DNA from: a virus
Virus record (IMG/VR): IMGVR_UViG_3300021197_000864
Coordinates: 31,572 to 95,571 of that record
Direction: 5' to 3' (one strand)
DNA length: 64,000 nt
How positions within the stretch are numbered: position 1 is the stretch's first letter; every line of letters starts with the position of its first letter. A program made the translations under genes and the position numbers. Of the stretch, positions 1 to 8,541 are shown in pieces. The notes below the pieces were generated by a model. The model had not been told where the DNA came from. It did no database searches and was given only the letters and a program-made list of their open reading frames with translations.

Positions 1-960
1 CCTTCTAGAAATATAAATATAAAAATCTTCAACAAACCCCGGAGTACCTTTAGCATTCAACAGTGTTTTGACTTTCTCACTTTCAGTATTATTTGCTACA
101 TTGATAGGAGTACCCATTAATCTTGTTCTAGCCCTAGTAGTAGCAAAGTTTCCTGCCTTTGTGGTGAACTCATCATCTCTAACCATAACTTTCATCATTT
201 GTCTAATTTCTGAAATACCCTCATATGCAAACTTTGCCGCACCTGCCTGTTCTATTTTTACAGGAGCATCTTCTTCAATATGATGTACTACATCTATTAT
301 TGCTTTAGCACCTGCTGTAACAACAGCAACTAACCCCGGTTTATTAAATGGTGAAAGACTTCCATCACCATAAATTGCTTGCCACATTGGTGGTGTAGCC
401 TCACCCTTACTTGTATCCCACCAAGAATCATCTGCTGCTCTAACACTTTCAACTTTGTTTTTATAGTCAGTTCTATATTCAATATAATCATCAGTTCTAT
501 AATGACCATATATTGTTTTCTTTACTGGTTTTTTAGTTCTAGGTCTAATACCTACAATACCCTCGAATGCAATATTTCTAGGATTCAAATCACTATCCGT
601 TGCCCCATGTTCGTTTAACTTACCTATTATCGCTTTAAACTCTTTAGATTCCTGTGGACTGAAAGTAGGTTGTTTCGCCATCCTTTCTAAAAGTTCTATC
701 TCTTTAGCCAAACCCGGTGTTTCTTTTGGACCTGAATTACCCATTATTCTACCATCAATACCATGTCGCATTAGAATATCATAAAGAGTTCCCTTGAATC
801 TAGTTACACCCATACTTGCTGCTGAAACTCCTTTAGCGGCAGTTTTCCAATCATTAAATAATTTAGAAAACTCTTCACCTGAATACTCTACGCGAGATTT
901 ACCAGTACCCATTGAAATAACAGGTTCAACTTTCTTTAGTGGTTTTTTTCTTTTTGCCAC
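1..960 (-). CDS. Hypothetical protein, truncated at the window edge (MAKRKKPLKKVEPVISMG...)
   Basis: Manual translation from GTG at 960 after a GGGG RBS; the first ~85 and last 20 codons were checked as open. Probably missing from the ORF track because no stop lies in the window. Confidence 0.7.
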   Translation of the reverse strand, partial: MAKRKKPLKKVEPVISMGTGKSRVEYSGEEFSKLFNDWKTAAKGVSAASMGVTRFKGTLYDILMRHGIDGRIMGNSGPKETPGLAKEIELLERMAKQPTFSPQESKEFKAIIGKLNEHGATDSDLNPRNIAFEGIVGIRPRTKKPVKKTIYGHYRTDDYIEYRTDYKNKVESVRAADDSWWDTSKGEATPPMWQAIYGDGSLSPFNKPGLVAVVTAGAKAIIDVVHHIEEDAPVKIEQAGAAKFAYEGISEIRQMMKVMVRDDEFTTKAGNFATTRARTRLMGTPINVANNTESEKVKTLLNAKGTPGFVEDFYIYISRR

Positions 961-1075
961 GCTTTACCCTCCTATTAACAGTTTTATTATTAAAAAGAGG
1001 ACTTGTAGCGGCAGAAGTAGTAGAAACTGTGCCTGTCATTTTTAATTGTTCAAACCAATCTGATAACTTTTCCAA
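926..1075 (-). CDS. Small basic protein (MEKLSDWFEQLKMTG...KRGKKKKTTKES)
   Basis: Manual translation; TTG start after a GAGGTGG RBS; WFxxLK motif like the paralogues at 2111-4270. Confidence 0.5.
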   Translation of the reverse strand: MEKLSDWFEQLKMTGTVSTTSAATSPLFNNKTVNRRVKRGKKKKTTKES

Positions 1076-1215
1076 ATTACCACCTCAATATACTTACTAG
1101 CCACCTCAAAAGATTTTTACGAGCCTTTGGTGGATTTAACTCAATTACTTCCTCTTCTTCAAATAAAGAGTTCATAAGATTGTCATGGTTGTGACATTCT
1201 AACATCGAATCCAAT

Positions 1216-1929
1216 TTACTCCCTCTTAATGGTATCTTTCCAATCTAATGATTTGTATTCTCTCATTTTATCCTGCCAAGTTTCTACATCTTCTATAACA
1301 AACTCATCTGATACATCTTTTGGAGGGTCAGGGTCAACAGCAGTTAAATCCTCTAATCCACCCATATCTTTTATTTGTTCAACAATTAACATATCGTATG
1401 CTCTAATGAAGGTATGTCCTACATAATTCTTAAACTCAGATGATTCTGATATTTGTTTTAAAGCATGGTTAATAAGCCGTTTTAACTCAAGTTGCTCAGT
1501 ATTAGATAATTCCCCTTCCTTAACTTTTTGTAATATTTTTTCTTTTATCTTACCATCCATTTCTGCTGCTGCTGCATCAAATAGACCTATTTCTTCTAAT
1601 TGTTTTATTGTTTCTGCACCTAAATCCTTAGTTGATGTATCTAAAGACATAGGTTCTTCATTTTCATCTAATTCTTCCATCTGCTCTTTAGCAGCCTGTA
1701 AAGAAAGGGTTAATGGTTCTCCTAGTATTGGTACAACGAATGAAACTAAAGTTTCTTCTGTTAGTCCACCAACAGTAAACTTATTGAAATCTTCTAATGC
1801 TAAACCCGATAAATCCAAAGCAGTTTCTTCTACAAATCCACCTAATCTATTGAATATAGGTAAGAAACCAGTAGAAGATAATACAGTACGATAATCAACC
1901 ATTAGACCACAACCCGCTATCACTAGCAA
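1216..1929 (-). CDS. Acidic hypothetical protein (likely start MVDYR at ~1902)
   Basis: 237-aa ORF in the local gene orientation; no family recognised. Confidence 0.65.
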   Translation of the reverse strand: MLVIAGCGLMVDYRTVLSSTGFLPIFNRLGGFVEETALDLSGLALEDFNKFTVGGLTEETLVSFVVPILGEPLTLSLQAAKEQMEELDENEEPMSLDTSTKDLGAETIKQLEEIGLFDAAAAEMDGKIKEKILQKVKEGELSNTEQLELKRLINHALKQISESSEFKNYVGHTFIRAYDMLIVEQIKDMGGLEDLTAVDPDPPKDVSDEFVIEDVETWQDKMREYKSLDWKDTIKRE

Positions 1930-1962
1930 GCAGTCAACATTGGCTAAAGGATATAATGCTGC

Positions 1963-2109
1963 CTATTCTTCTTCCAAAATATGATACATTCCTAACCATT
2001 CTAAGAAAGCAACTTTCATGGGTTTTTCTGTATTCCAATTCTTTTTACCATCTATGTAATAGGGGTTTGAAAAACCTAATAATTGTGCTTCCCAATAATC
2101 CCAATCCAT
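1963..2109 (-). CDS. Small hypothetical protein (MDWDYWEAQLLGFSNP...)
   Basis: Manual translation, 48 aa, directly downstream of 2111-2869. Confidence 0.5.
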   Translation of the reverse strand: MDWDYWEAQLLGFSNPYYIDGKKNWNTEKPMKVAFLEWLGMYHILEEE

Positions 2110-2110
2110 A

Positions 2111-2869
2111 CTAATTCCATTTAAATTCTATATCCTTATAATGTTTTTTAATTTGTTTTAGAGCATCATCAATTCTATATTCCTCTATTGGCACACTCCC
2201 CCACTCAATTACACCTAATGTTATGCTATTACTCATATGAAACTCATAGGGGTATTTATCTGAATGTATGTGAAGACCTTTTCTTTTACTTACACCATCT
2301 CTTAAACTTAAATTTACCAAATTTTCACCATAATATTCTCTAGGGTCATAATATATTTCCCAATCACCAACCTTATATGTTTCTTTGATAAAACTACCAC
2401 CATTGACGACAGTAGGTACTTGAGCAATTAAATCTAAAGCACGACAATAAACTTCTTCAGGAATTTGTTCTGCTTGTTTATTCATTGTGTATCTTGTTTC
2501 CTCTACTGTTATTGTTATTCTACTTTTTTTCTTAACATCTTTAATTTGTGCATTTGTACCAGTATTAGGATATATATAAAATTGAGATACAAAATGGTCA
2601 GGGCCACGTTTTTCAACATAACCTGTGGGAGATGGTTCTCTAGTAACGCGATAATATTCAATTCCTCCATCTTTCCCTTCATTACTAACTTTATCGAATA
2701 TACTATTATCATCATACAGTGGGGTATTTTGTATTTTATTTTGTAGTGCGAACATTCTATCTTTACAGTCATCTTTATCTTCATCAGGTTTGTTTACATC
2801 AAAAGGTTTCACTTTGAACTTAGGTAAGTTAACTGTTCTCATCTCATTTTTAAGAATATCAAACCACAT
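2111..2869 (-). CDS. Hypothetical protein, paralogue 3 of tandem family
   Basis: Shares WFDILKNEMR..NLPKFKVKPF, CKDR and IPEEVYC blocks with its two neighbours. Confidence 0.8.
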   Translation of the reverse strand: MWFDILKNEMRTVNLPKFKVKPFDVNKPDEDKDDCKDRMFALQNKIQNTPLYDDNSIFDKVSNEGKDGGIEYYRVTREPSPTGYVEKRGPDHFVSQFYIYPNTGTNAQIKDVKKKSRITITVEETRYTMNKQAEQIPEEVYCRALDLIAQVPTVVNGGSFIKETYKVGDWEIYYDPREYYGENLVNLSLRDGVSKRKGLHIHSDKYPYEFHMSNSITLGVIEWGSVPIEEYRIDDALKQIKKHYKDIEFKWN

Positions 2870-2873
2870 ATAA

Positions 2874-3626
2874 TCACCATTCTATTTTTATATCTTCAAA
2901 ATGTCTTTCTATTTTAATCAATGCCGCAGAAATACCGTTAAACCATTTCGGTAGCATCTTTACCCTCTCCACATAGTCCCCAAAATTTGTCGTACGCACT
3001 CTTACCGTGTTCCAAAGTGTAATATAATTTACTCCACCCTTTTTTATAGTAATCACTCTACGTTTAATCAAACGTATCCCTAGCGATTCTTCCATCACAC
3101 GGTCAATATTTTTATATTTTATTTTCCAATCACCTACACTCTCTTCGACATATGTTCCATACCTTTGTGGAGAACCCTGACTAATCATATCTAACGCCTT
3201 ACAATAAACTTCTTCGGGTATTTCGTTAACATCTTGTTCTTTATCTTGGTCGTTATCTTCTATTATACGTACCTCAACAAATGTATCAGGGTCGGCAAAC
3301 CCATCACTTAGTGTAGGATATAAATTTAATGTTGCATAAAAAAGGTCGTCATCATCTGTTATGGAGTCACCCATTCTAAATACAAAACCACCTTGTTCTG
3401 CCATTTTTTCAATATCATCAAATAAACTTTGTATGCTACCTTTTGGATTATTGTGAATAAGTTTTGTTTGTTCTGATTTTTTCCATACTTCATTTAAGAA
3501 TCTATCTTTACAATCATTATCTTCTTCATCAGGTTTATTTAAATTAAAAGGTTTAACTTTAAACTTGGGTAAATTAATACTCCGCATTTCATTTTTAAGA
3601 ATATTAAACCAAGTCATATAGGCCAC
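2874..3626 (-). CDS. Hypothetical protein, paralogue 2 of tandem family
   Basis: WFNILKNEMRSINLPKFKVKPF, CKDR, IPEEVYCKALD. Confidence 0.8.
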   Translation of the reverse strand: MAYMTWFNILKNEMRSINLPKFKVKPFNLNKPDEEDNDCKDRFLNEVWKKSEQTKLIHNNPKGSIQSLFDDIEKMAEQGGFVFRMGDSITDDDDLFYATLNLYPTLSDGFADPDTFVEVRIIEDNDQDKEQDVNEIPEEVYCKALDMISQGSPQRYGTYVEESVGDWKIKYKNIDRVMEESLGIRLIKRRVITIKKGGVNYITLWNTVRVRTTNFGDYVERVKMLPKWFNGISAALIKIERHFEDIKIEW

Positions 3627-4270
3627 CTCATTTCATCTGCTAACTTGCTAAGTTCCTCATCAATAAACTCTGATTGTTTACCATCCACATGAAATAAAGT
3701 TTGAACATTACTACCTTCATTTAGTTTATAATCAGACCATTCAGACCAAAATAACTGTAAACCTACCCACAAAACAATGATACCGATATCGTTCCTAATT
3801 TCAATGTCTTGTTGAATACCCGAGGTATTTCTTAGTTTAACTGCCATTATTCGATAGCCCGTTCCACCAACATTGTCCTCATCTTTGTATTTAAAATTAG
3901 CACCACTTAACATATCCAACAGTCTACAAAATACTTCTTCAGGTATGCTATTGAAGTCACCTTCTTTAGATATAGATGCTTCTCTCTTAACTACATTAAC
4001 AGAAGCGTGAAGTTTTGCATTTAATTTTTTACCACCATAAGTAATTTCATTTCCATAATATGTGGTTTCTTTTTTAACCTTGACAAACTCTTGGCCTATT
4101 TCATTAGGGAATTGAAAATTCTCAGTAAAATTAGCAATTTCCATAATTTTATCTTTACATCTAGTATCTTCTTCGTTCGGCTTTGGAGTATTGAACGGTT
4201 TAACTTTGAACTTAGGTAAATTAACCAATTTGTTCTGTTTTATAACATTCCACCAATTACTCACGGCCAA
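3614..4270 (-). CDS. Hypothetical protein, paralogue 1 of tandem family
   Basis: WWNVIK..VNLPKFKVKPF, CKDK, IPEEVFCRLLD. Confidence 0.8.
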   Translation of the reverse strand: MAVSNWWNVIKQNKLVNLPKFKVKPFNTPKPNEEDTRCKDKIMEIANFTENFQFPNEIGQEFVKVKKETTYYGNEITYGGKKLNAKLHASVNVVKREASISKEGDFNSIPEEVFCRLLDMLSGANFKYKDEDNVGGTGYRIMAVKLRNTSGIQQDIEIRNDIGIIVLWVGLQLFWSEWSDYKLNEGSNVQTLFHVDGKQSEFIDEELSKLADEMRWPI

Positions 4271-4488
4271 ATCTCCCTACAAAATCAATTACCCAAATCG
4301 CCCAGTTAGGCAATATGTGAATGAAGGCGGCAGGTATCATACTTTAGCCTCTTCTATCCGGTTTAAAATGTTAACCCCGTAATTTGTCGAAAAATGGGCG
4401 GTCATTTTTTTACCACTTGCGATTTTTTTTATTTTTAAAACAATGCATTCCCGATATAAGATTGTACAGTTAGCACATTTTATAGTTC

Positions 4489-4537
4489 CTACAAATACCA
4501 CAATTAGAATTTTGTTGCTACAAATACCACAATTAGA
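4489..4537. repeat. 20-bp direct repeat CTACAAATACCACAATTAGA x2 (29-bp period)
   Basis: Exact copies at 4489-4508 and 4518-4537 in a non-coding AT-rich region. Confidence 0.9.
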
Positions 4538-4721
4538 TTATGTCTGTATCTTTATGCAAGAGCGTTTTTTTATTCTATTATATTTATATTCCCTTCTATT
4601 TAATTAAATATAGTGCCTTTTGTACTAAATAAGATAAAATTAATCACAGTAAAAAAATCTTTTTGATTGTTTTATAAAAAAAAATTTGAACCCTGCTACG
4701 CACCCATACCCCAATTACTAC

Positions 4722-4769
4722 CCATATGGTACGGTATAAAAAACGTACAACCATATGGTATGCGCTTTG
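4722..4769. promoter_or_regulatory. Paired CCATATGG / ACCATATGGT palindromes followed by CTTTG
   Basis: CCATATGG at 4722-4729; ACCATATGGT at 4750-4759 followed by atgcgCTTTG; the same module recurs at 7108, 7830, 7880 and 8555. Confidence 0.65.
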
Positions 4770-5233
4770 CCGCAGACCTCATAAAAATAAAGAAAAATCG
4801 GGTTAAGAGGTTAAACACACTTAATGAGAAGATAGTTTACCTACTGCCATGGTCTAGAGGTTTCTATCTTAACTAGTAAATGTTTTTGTTTAACATTAAC
4901 CGTCTTTTCTTGGGCTGGTACTTGTACCGTTTTTAACTTACAGACCTTTGAATTTATAATAAGGCGGAACTGCTTTCATATCCTATTGTCCCTAAAGCAC
5001 TCATGCATTAGTGGTTTACCTTTCGGTTAGGAACTCATAAACGTGGTTCAGTTTTAAGGAGTATCACCTCTTTGATACTCACACCTTATTCTTAATCTCT
5101 CTACTCTACCTAACTTCAGTGGCTTGAACAGGGTTGCGTACCTATTAACAAACATTAGGCTTGAATCCACAAACAATCTAATCTAACCGTAAGCCGATTA
5201 AATCCCTCATGTATAATCAAGAGAACTCGAATC

Positions 5234-5425
5234 TTATATTCCACCTGCTGACTGATTACGATAAATTGTAATAGCCTTTCTAAACTTAGCAGGTTTAAAA
5301 TTCTTATTTGTTTTTGTTAGTTTTTCAATTATGATATCTACCTTATCAGGTGGTACATCTATTTCAACAATCATACATACTAACCATTCAAAATGTTTCT
5401 TTGTGAATAATGAATACATACTCAT
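5234..5425 (-). CDS. Small hypothetical protein
   Basis: 63-aa ORF, last gene of the leftward small-gene run. Confidence 0.6.
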   Translation of the reverse strand: MSMYSLFTKKHFEWLVCMIVEIDVPPDKVDIIIEKLTKTNKNFKPAKFRKAITIYRNQSAGGI

Positions 5426-5607
5426 TGTATTCGCCTCTCACCTAAATAGAAAGCCCCTCTATTTGGTACTACCAAATAGATTACTTGCCATATTTTTCCA
5501 CCAATAACAACATAACCCAATGAGTTGTATTCATATCTATTCCTACTCATAAAACTATAATCTCTCATTTTAGTATTCCTCCGTATAAAAATCAAACCAC
5601 ATACCAC
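5422..5607 (-). CDS. Small hypothetical protein (likely start MRDYS)
   Basis: ORF overlapping its neighbours by a few bases; GGAGG RBS precedes the internal ATG. Confidence 0.5.
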   Translation of the reverse strand: MVCGLIFIRRNTKMRDYSFMSRNRYEYNSLGYVVIGGKIWQVIYLVVPNRGAFYLGERRIQ

Positions 5608-5740
5608 GCTTACTCAAATCTGAACAAGTTGAACCACTTGTTTCAGGGTCTTGACAATGTGATTGTGCTTCTTCAAGAGTTAGTCCTGTTTTAATTGTTT
5701 TATTATTTCCTTCAAAGTAACTCCTTACTACTTTATACAT
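5570..5740 (-). CDS. Small protein (MYKVVRSYF...TGLTLEEAQSHCQDPETS...WFDFY)
   Basis: Manual translation, 56 aa; resembles a small phage protein motif I recall (TGLTLEEAQxHC), unverified. Confidence 0.6.
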   Translation of the reverse strand: MYKVVRSYFEGNNKTIKTGLTLEEAQSHCQDPETSGSTCSDLSKRGMWFDFYTEEY

Positions 5741-5907
5741 TATATCACATCCAAAGGTAGATTAACACCACAATTCTCATTTATACATATATACCAAACT
5801 GTTGACATTGGTTTTCTAGTGAACATATTAATATCACTTCTTTTGTATGTGCAATCATTTTCAATTGCTGAACCACATTCACCACATTTCATACTATATT
5901 CTAACAT
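5740..5907 (-). CDS. Small zinc-finger-like protein (CGEC...CINENC)
   Basis: Manual translation, 55 aa; GAGGAGG RBS; TAATG coupling to the next gene. Confidence 0.6.
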   Translation of the reverse strand: MLEYSMKCGECGSAIENDCTYKRSDINMFTRKPMSTVWYICINENCGVNLPLDVI

Positions 5908-6078
5908 ACTTATTCCTCCTCATCATAAGGTTCATCTAAATATTCATGGTCATATGAAGTCATACTATCAGGATAAGGCATTATTCCTCACCCCTTTGTA
6001 ATGATAGTGTAACTTCTTCGCCACATTTACGACAATATAATTTATTTGCTGATATTATTTTACCACATATACATTCAT

Positions 6079-6855
6079 TCATTCTTCATCACCATGTTTT
6101 AATCTTGCTTCTCTAGTTAATGCTACAATATCAGGACTACATTCTGTCTTTGATTCTGTAACATGCTCAAAATAACATTCTAGTTCAGGTTCTTGTGAAA
6201 AGTTAATTTCTTCATCTGCAACATCTCTAAAACATTGTTGGAAAGCACTTTCAAATATATGTTGAATTAAACCAACATCAGAAATAATATTATCAACCAT
6301 TCTTTCTTTAATAGTAGCGGCTTTCTTTACTCTTGCAGATTCCCAACTAATATTAAATGTTAATATTAGACCATCACTTGAATTTGTAAGTTTAGAAACT
6401 AAAACAACTTTTTCATCATCAGGAATAGAATATTGAAGAAAATGTCCTTTAATATAATTATGATTAGAATTACCTACAAACTTAGATAATTCCTCAGTAG
6501 CCATATTTGTAAAATTAATTTGATTACCTTTTGGTTCATGCCAAAGTGTATTGATAACCTCTTCAGTAGTAGTATTTAACTCAACATTTTCCCATCCATT
6601 ATCTTTCATATTTTCAACTATACCAGCAGATATATATTGATATGGTGAAGTAAACATTATTCTACCATCAACTACACATTCAGATACAACAGTTGATTTT
6701 ATTTTATCATATTTACCAACGGGAGATGTTTCATACATATTAGATACATTAATACCCCAATCATCTAATGCGTGTAATAACTCATAATAATGATAATCTT
6801 TCAGTTTCGTGTTTGCATATTTCATGTTCATTGTTCTTTTGTATGTTATACTCAT
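6079..6855 (-). CDS. Hypothetical protein
   Basis: 258-aa ORF abutting 6856-7050. Confidence 0.75.
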   Translation of the reverse strand: MSITYKRTMNMKYANTKLKDYHYYELLHALDDWGINVSNMYETSPVGKYDKIKSTVVSECVVDGRIMFTSPYQYISAGIVENMKDNGWENVELNTTTEEVINTLWHEPKGNQINFTNMATEELSKFVGNSNHNYIKGHFLQYSIPDDEKVVLVSKLTNSSDGLILTFNISWESARVKKAATIKERMVDNIISDVGLIQHIFESAFQQCFRDVADEEINFSQEPELECYFEHVTESKTECSPDIVALTREARLKHGDEE

Positions 6856-7050
6856 TTATTTCAACTCCATTGTTTGAAAGGCTTTCAACCCTGCTGATAA
6901 TTCAGAAAAACATTCTGCGAAATCATCACCTTGTACAGTCAATTCCTTAATGACTAGTATTTGGGCTGAACCTGATTTCATATGTCCTACTGATAACTTA
7001 TATCTGTAAGGTTTTGTTTCTTGTATTGTATTATTAGTTGTTTGCGTCAT
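6856..7050 (-). CDS. Small hypothetical protein, first gene of the leftward early operon
   Basis: 64-aa ORF directly downstream of the promoter module at 7077-7117. Confidence 0.7.
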   Translation of the reverse strand: MTQTTNNTIQETKPYRYKLSVGHMKSGSAQILVIKELTVQGDDFAECFSELSAGLKAFQTMELK

Positions 7051-7076
7051 AATTTATCACTTTATACATCAGTCAT

Positions 7077-7117
7077 AGGGTATTTAACTGGTAGCAGTCA
7101 AAGCACTACCATATGGT
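7077..7117 (-). promoter_or_regulatory. Promoter module ACCATATGGT-N4-CTTTG-N10-GTTAAATACCCT
   Basis: Same layout as the modules at 7799-7839 and 7880-7920; archaeal TATA-like box ~30 nt before the ATG. Confidence 0.7.
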
Positions 7118-7144
7118 TGTAATATTTGCTTTGCGGTATTATAA

Positions 7145-7175
7145 CCTTAAAAAGGGCATTTCTGCCCAATTAAGG
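7145..7175 (-). terminator. Hairpin downstream of 7206-7727
   Basis: CCTTAA..GGGCA / TGCCC..TTAAGG inverted repeat. Confidence 0.5.
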
Positions 7176-7205
7176 TGTTAAGTAGGGTTGAAACTACCTA
7201 ACTAT

Positions 7206-7727
7206 TTATTCTTCCTCCTGAGAAGAAGCATTTACCAAAACAACGGGTGATTCCCCGTTCCAAAGGTAAGGCGCGTTATCTGTATTTTTGGTAAAATCTG
7301 AATATGCTTTATTCATCATTTGTCTACGGCTTGCGGTATTTGCATCAGCAAACTCAGTTGCATCAGTATAATTTCCGCCACCGGATTTACCGTGTCTCAT
7401 TTCTAGTGTGCGTATTGATTCGTTTTCATTGAAAAGTACAACCATTGCAGCATGATAAGCGGATAAAACCGCATCTCTTGCAATAAGTACAGCATCAGGC
7501 ATAGTTGAACCTCTACCTGACCTAAATGGCTTGTCTGCGATATCTGCGAAACATGTTCTGATAGCCCCATAGAGAGCATCTCTAGACTCAGGTTTCTTAT
7601 CAGCAGCAGCGATTAATTGCGGTACTGCAATTAACTCGATATTCTGTTGCCAATCAGGATGGCTTTCAAACCATGCCTCAATTAGTGTTTTCTTACTTTC
7701 CCATTGTTCATTTGTCATATCTGTCAT
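7206..7727 (-). CDS. Hypothetical protein, paralogue A of divergent pair (start MTDMT at 7727)
   Basis: ORF track 7206-7775; RBS supports ATG 7727; shares QLIA..D.KPE, P(F/W)R.G.G, HGKS and SSQEEE with 7980-8453. Confidence 0.8.
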   Translation of the reverse strand: MTDMTNEQWESKKTLIEAWFESHPDWQQNIELIAVPQLIAAADKKPESRDALYGAIRTCFADIADKPFRSGRGSTMPDAVLIARDAVLSAYHAAMVVLFNENESIRTLEMRHGKSGGGNYTDATEFADANTASRRQMMNKAYSDFTKNTDNAPYLWNGESPVVLVNASSQEEE

Positions 7728-7798
7728 AATAATTCCTCTTTTTATCTCCTTAGTTAAGTATCTATTCAACCCCACTTAACATAATATACAGTGGATAT

Positions 7799-7839
7799 AG
7801 GGTACTTAAGGGTGTTCTCAAAGTACCACACCATATGGT
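7799..7839 (-). promoter_or_regulatory. Promoter module ACCATATGGT-N6-CTTTG-N8-CTTAAGTACCCT
   Basis: Repeated module upstream of paralogue A. Confidence 0.7.
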
Positions 7840-7879
7840 TGTAATACATAATATTTCATTATACATTTAAATAAATACT

Positions 7880-7920
7880 ACCATATGGTTCTACTTTGAT
7901 AGAACCCTTTAATAAGCCCT
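7880..7920 (+). promoter_or_regulatory. Promoter module ACCATATGGT-N4-CTTTG-N9-TTTAATAAGCCCT
   Basis: Repeated module upstream of paralogue B. Confidence 0.7.
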
Positions 7921-7979
7921 ACATCGGCTATTATTATGCTCACAAAGGCAATCAGTTAATGATAATAAAGGTGTTAAAA

Positions 7980-8453
7980 ATGGAAACATGGGAAGATACA
8001 AAAAAGAAAGTAGAAACAATGATAGCGGCAGATGATAGAGGTTCACTCGATGAAGGTCTAAAAGTTGTAGCCGTACAATTAATTGCAACAGGAGATAGTA
8101 AACCTGAGATGCAAGAACAAATGACTAAGACTCTAAAAGAGGCTCTTAGAGGATGTCATGGATATCCTTGGAGAAGAGGTGGTGGAGGTATTCTTTCTGC
8201 TGCTGCTCTAAGTACAGTGGATGCAATAGTAGCAGATGTTGAAACAGCATTTGCAAATGCATTCGATTCTTGTATCGGTGTTCAAGCATTACTATTGCCT
8301 CACGGTAAGAGTAAGAATACTCATTTTGAAAATGGTGCAGATTATGCAAGCACACTCACAAAGACAATTCGTAAAAATGCAACTACGCTTTACAAAGCAG
8401 GTTGGGATGGTTCTCTAGATGGTCTAGGGATTTCTTCACAGGAGGAAGAATAA
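7980..8453 (+). CDS. Hypothetical protein, paralogue B of divergent pair (start METWE at 7980)
   Basis: ORF track 7896-8453; AGGTG RBS before ATG 7980; alignable by eye to paralogue A. Confidence 0.8.
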   Translation: METWEDTKKKVETMIAADDRGSLDEGLKVVAVQLIATGDSKPEMQEQMTKTLKEALRGCHGYPWRRGGGGILSAAALSTVDAIVADVETAFANAFDSCIGVQALLLPHGKSKNTHFENGADYASTLTKTIRKNATTLYKAGWDGSLDGLGISSQEEE

Positions 8454-8482
8454 AACGGATTGACTCTTTGTGAGTACTAATT

Positions 8483-8526
8483 GGGGGAATAGGGCTTTAA
8501 TGCCTTATTCCTCCTTTTTTTATTTT
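8483..8526 (+). terminator. Hairpin plus T-tract terminator
   Basis: GGGGGAATAGGGC-loop-GCCTTATTCCTCC followed by TTTTTTT. Confidence 0.75.
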
Positions 8527-8541
8527 AAGGTCTTAAACTGA

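Noticed and set aside
68-1426. Plus-strand ORFs 68-283, 379-618, 794-1045 and 1229-1426
   Set aside because: Antisense to minus-strand genes that have proper RBSs.
2111-4270. Diversity-generating retroelement behind the variable paralogues
   Set aside because: No reverse transcriptase in the window and no template/variable repeat pair differing only at adenines.
4667-4876. 69-aa plus-strand ORF
   Set aside because: No RBS; overlaps the palindromic regulatory motifs; probably spurious.
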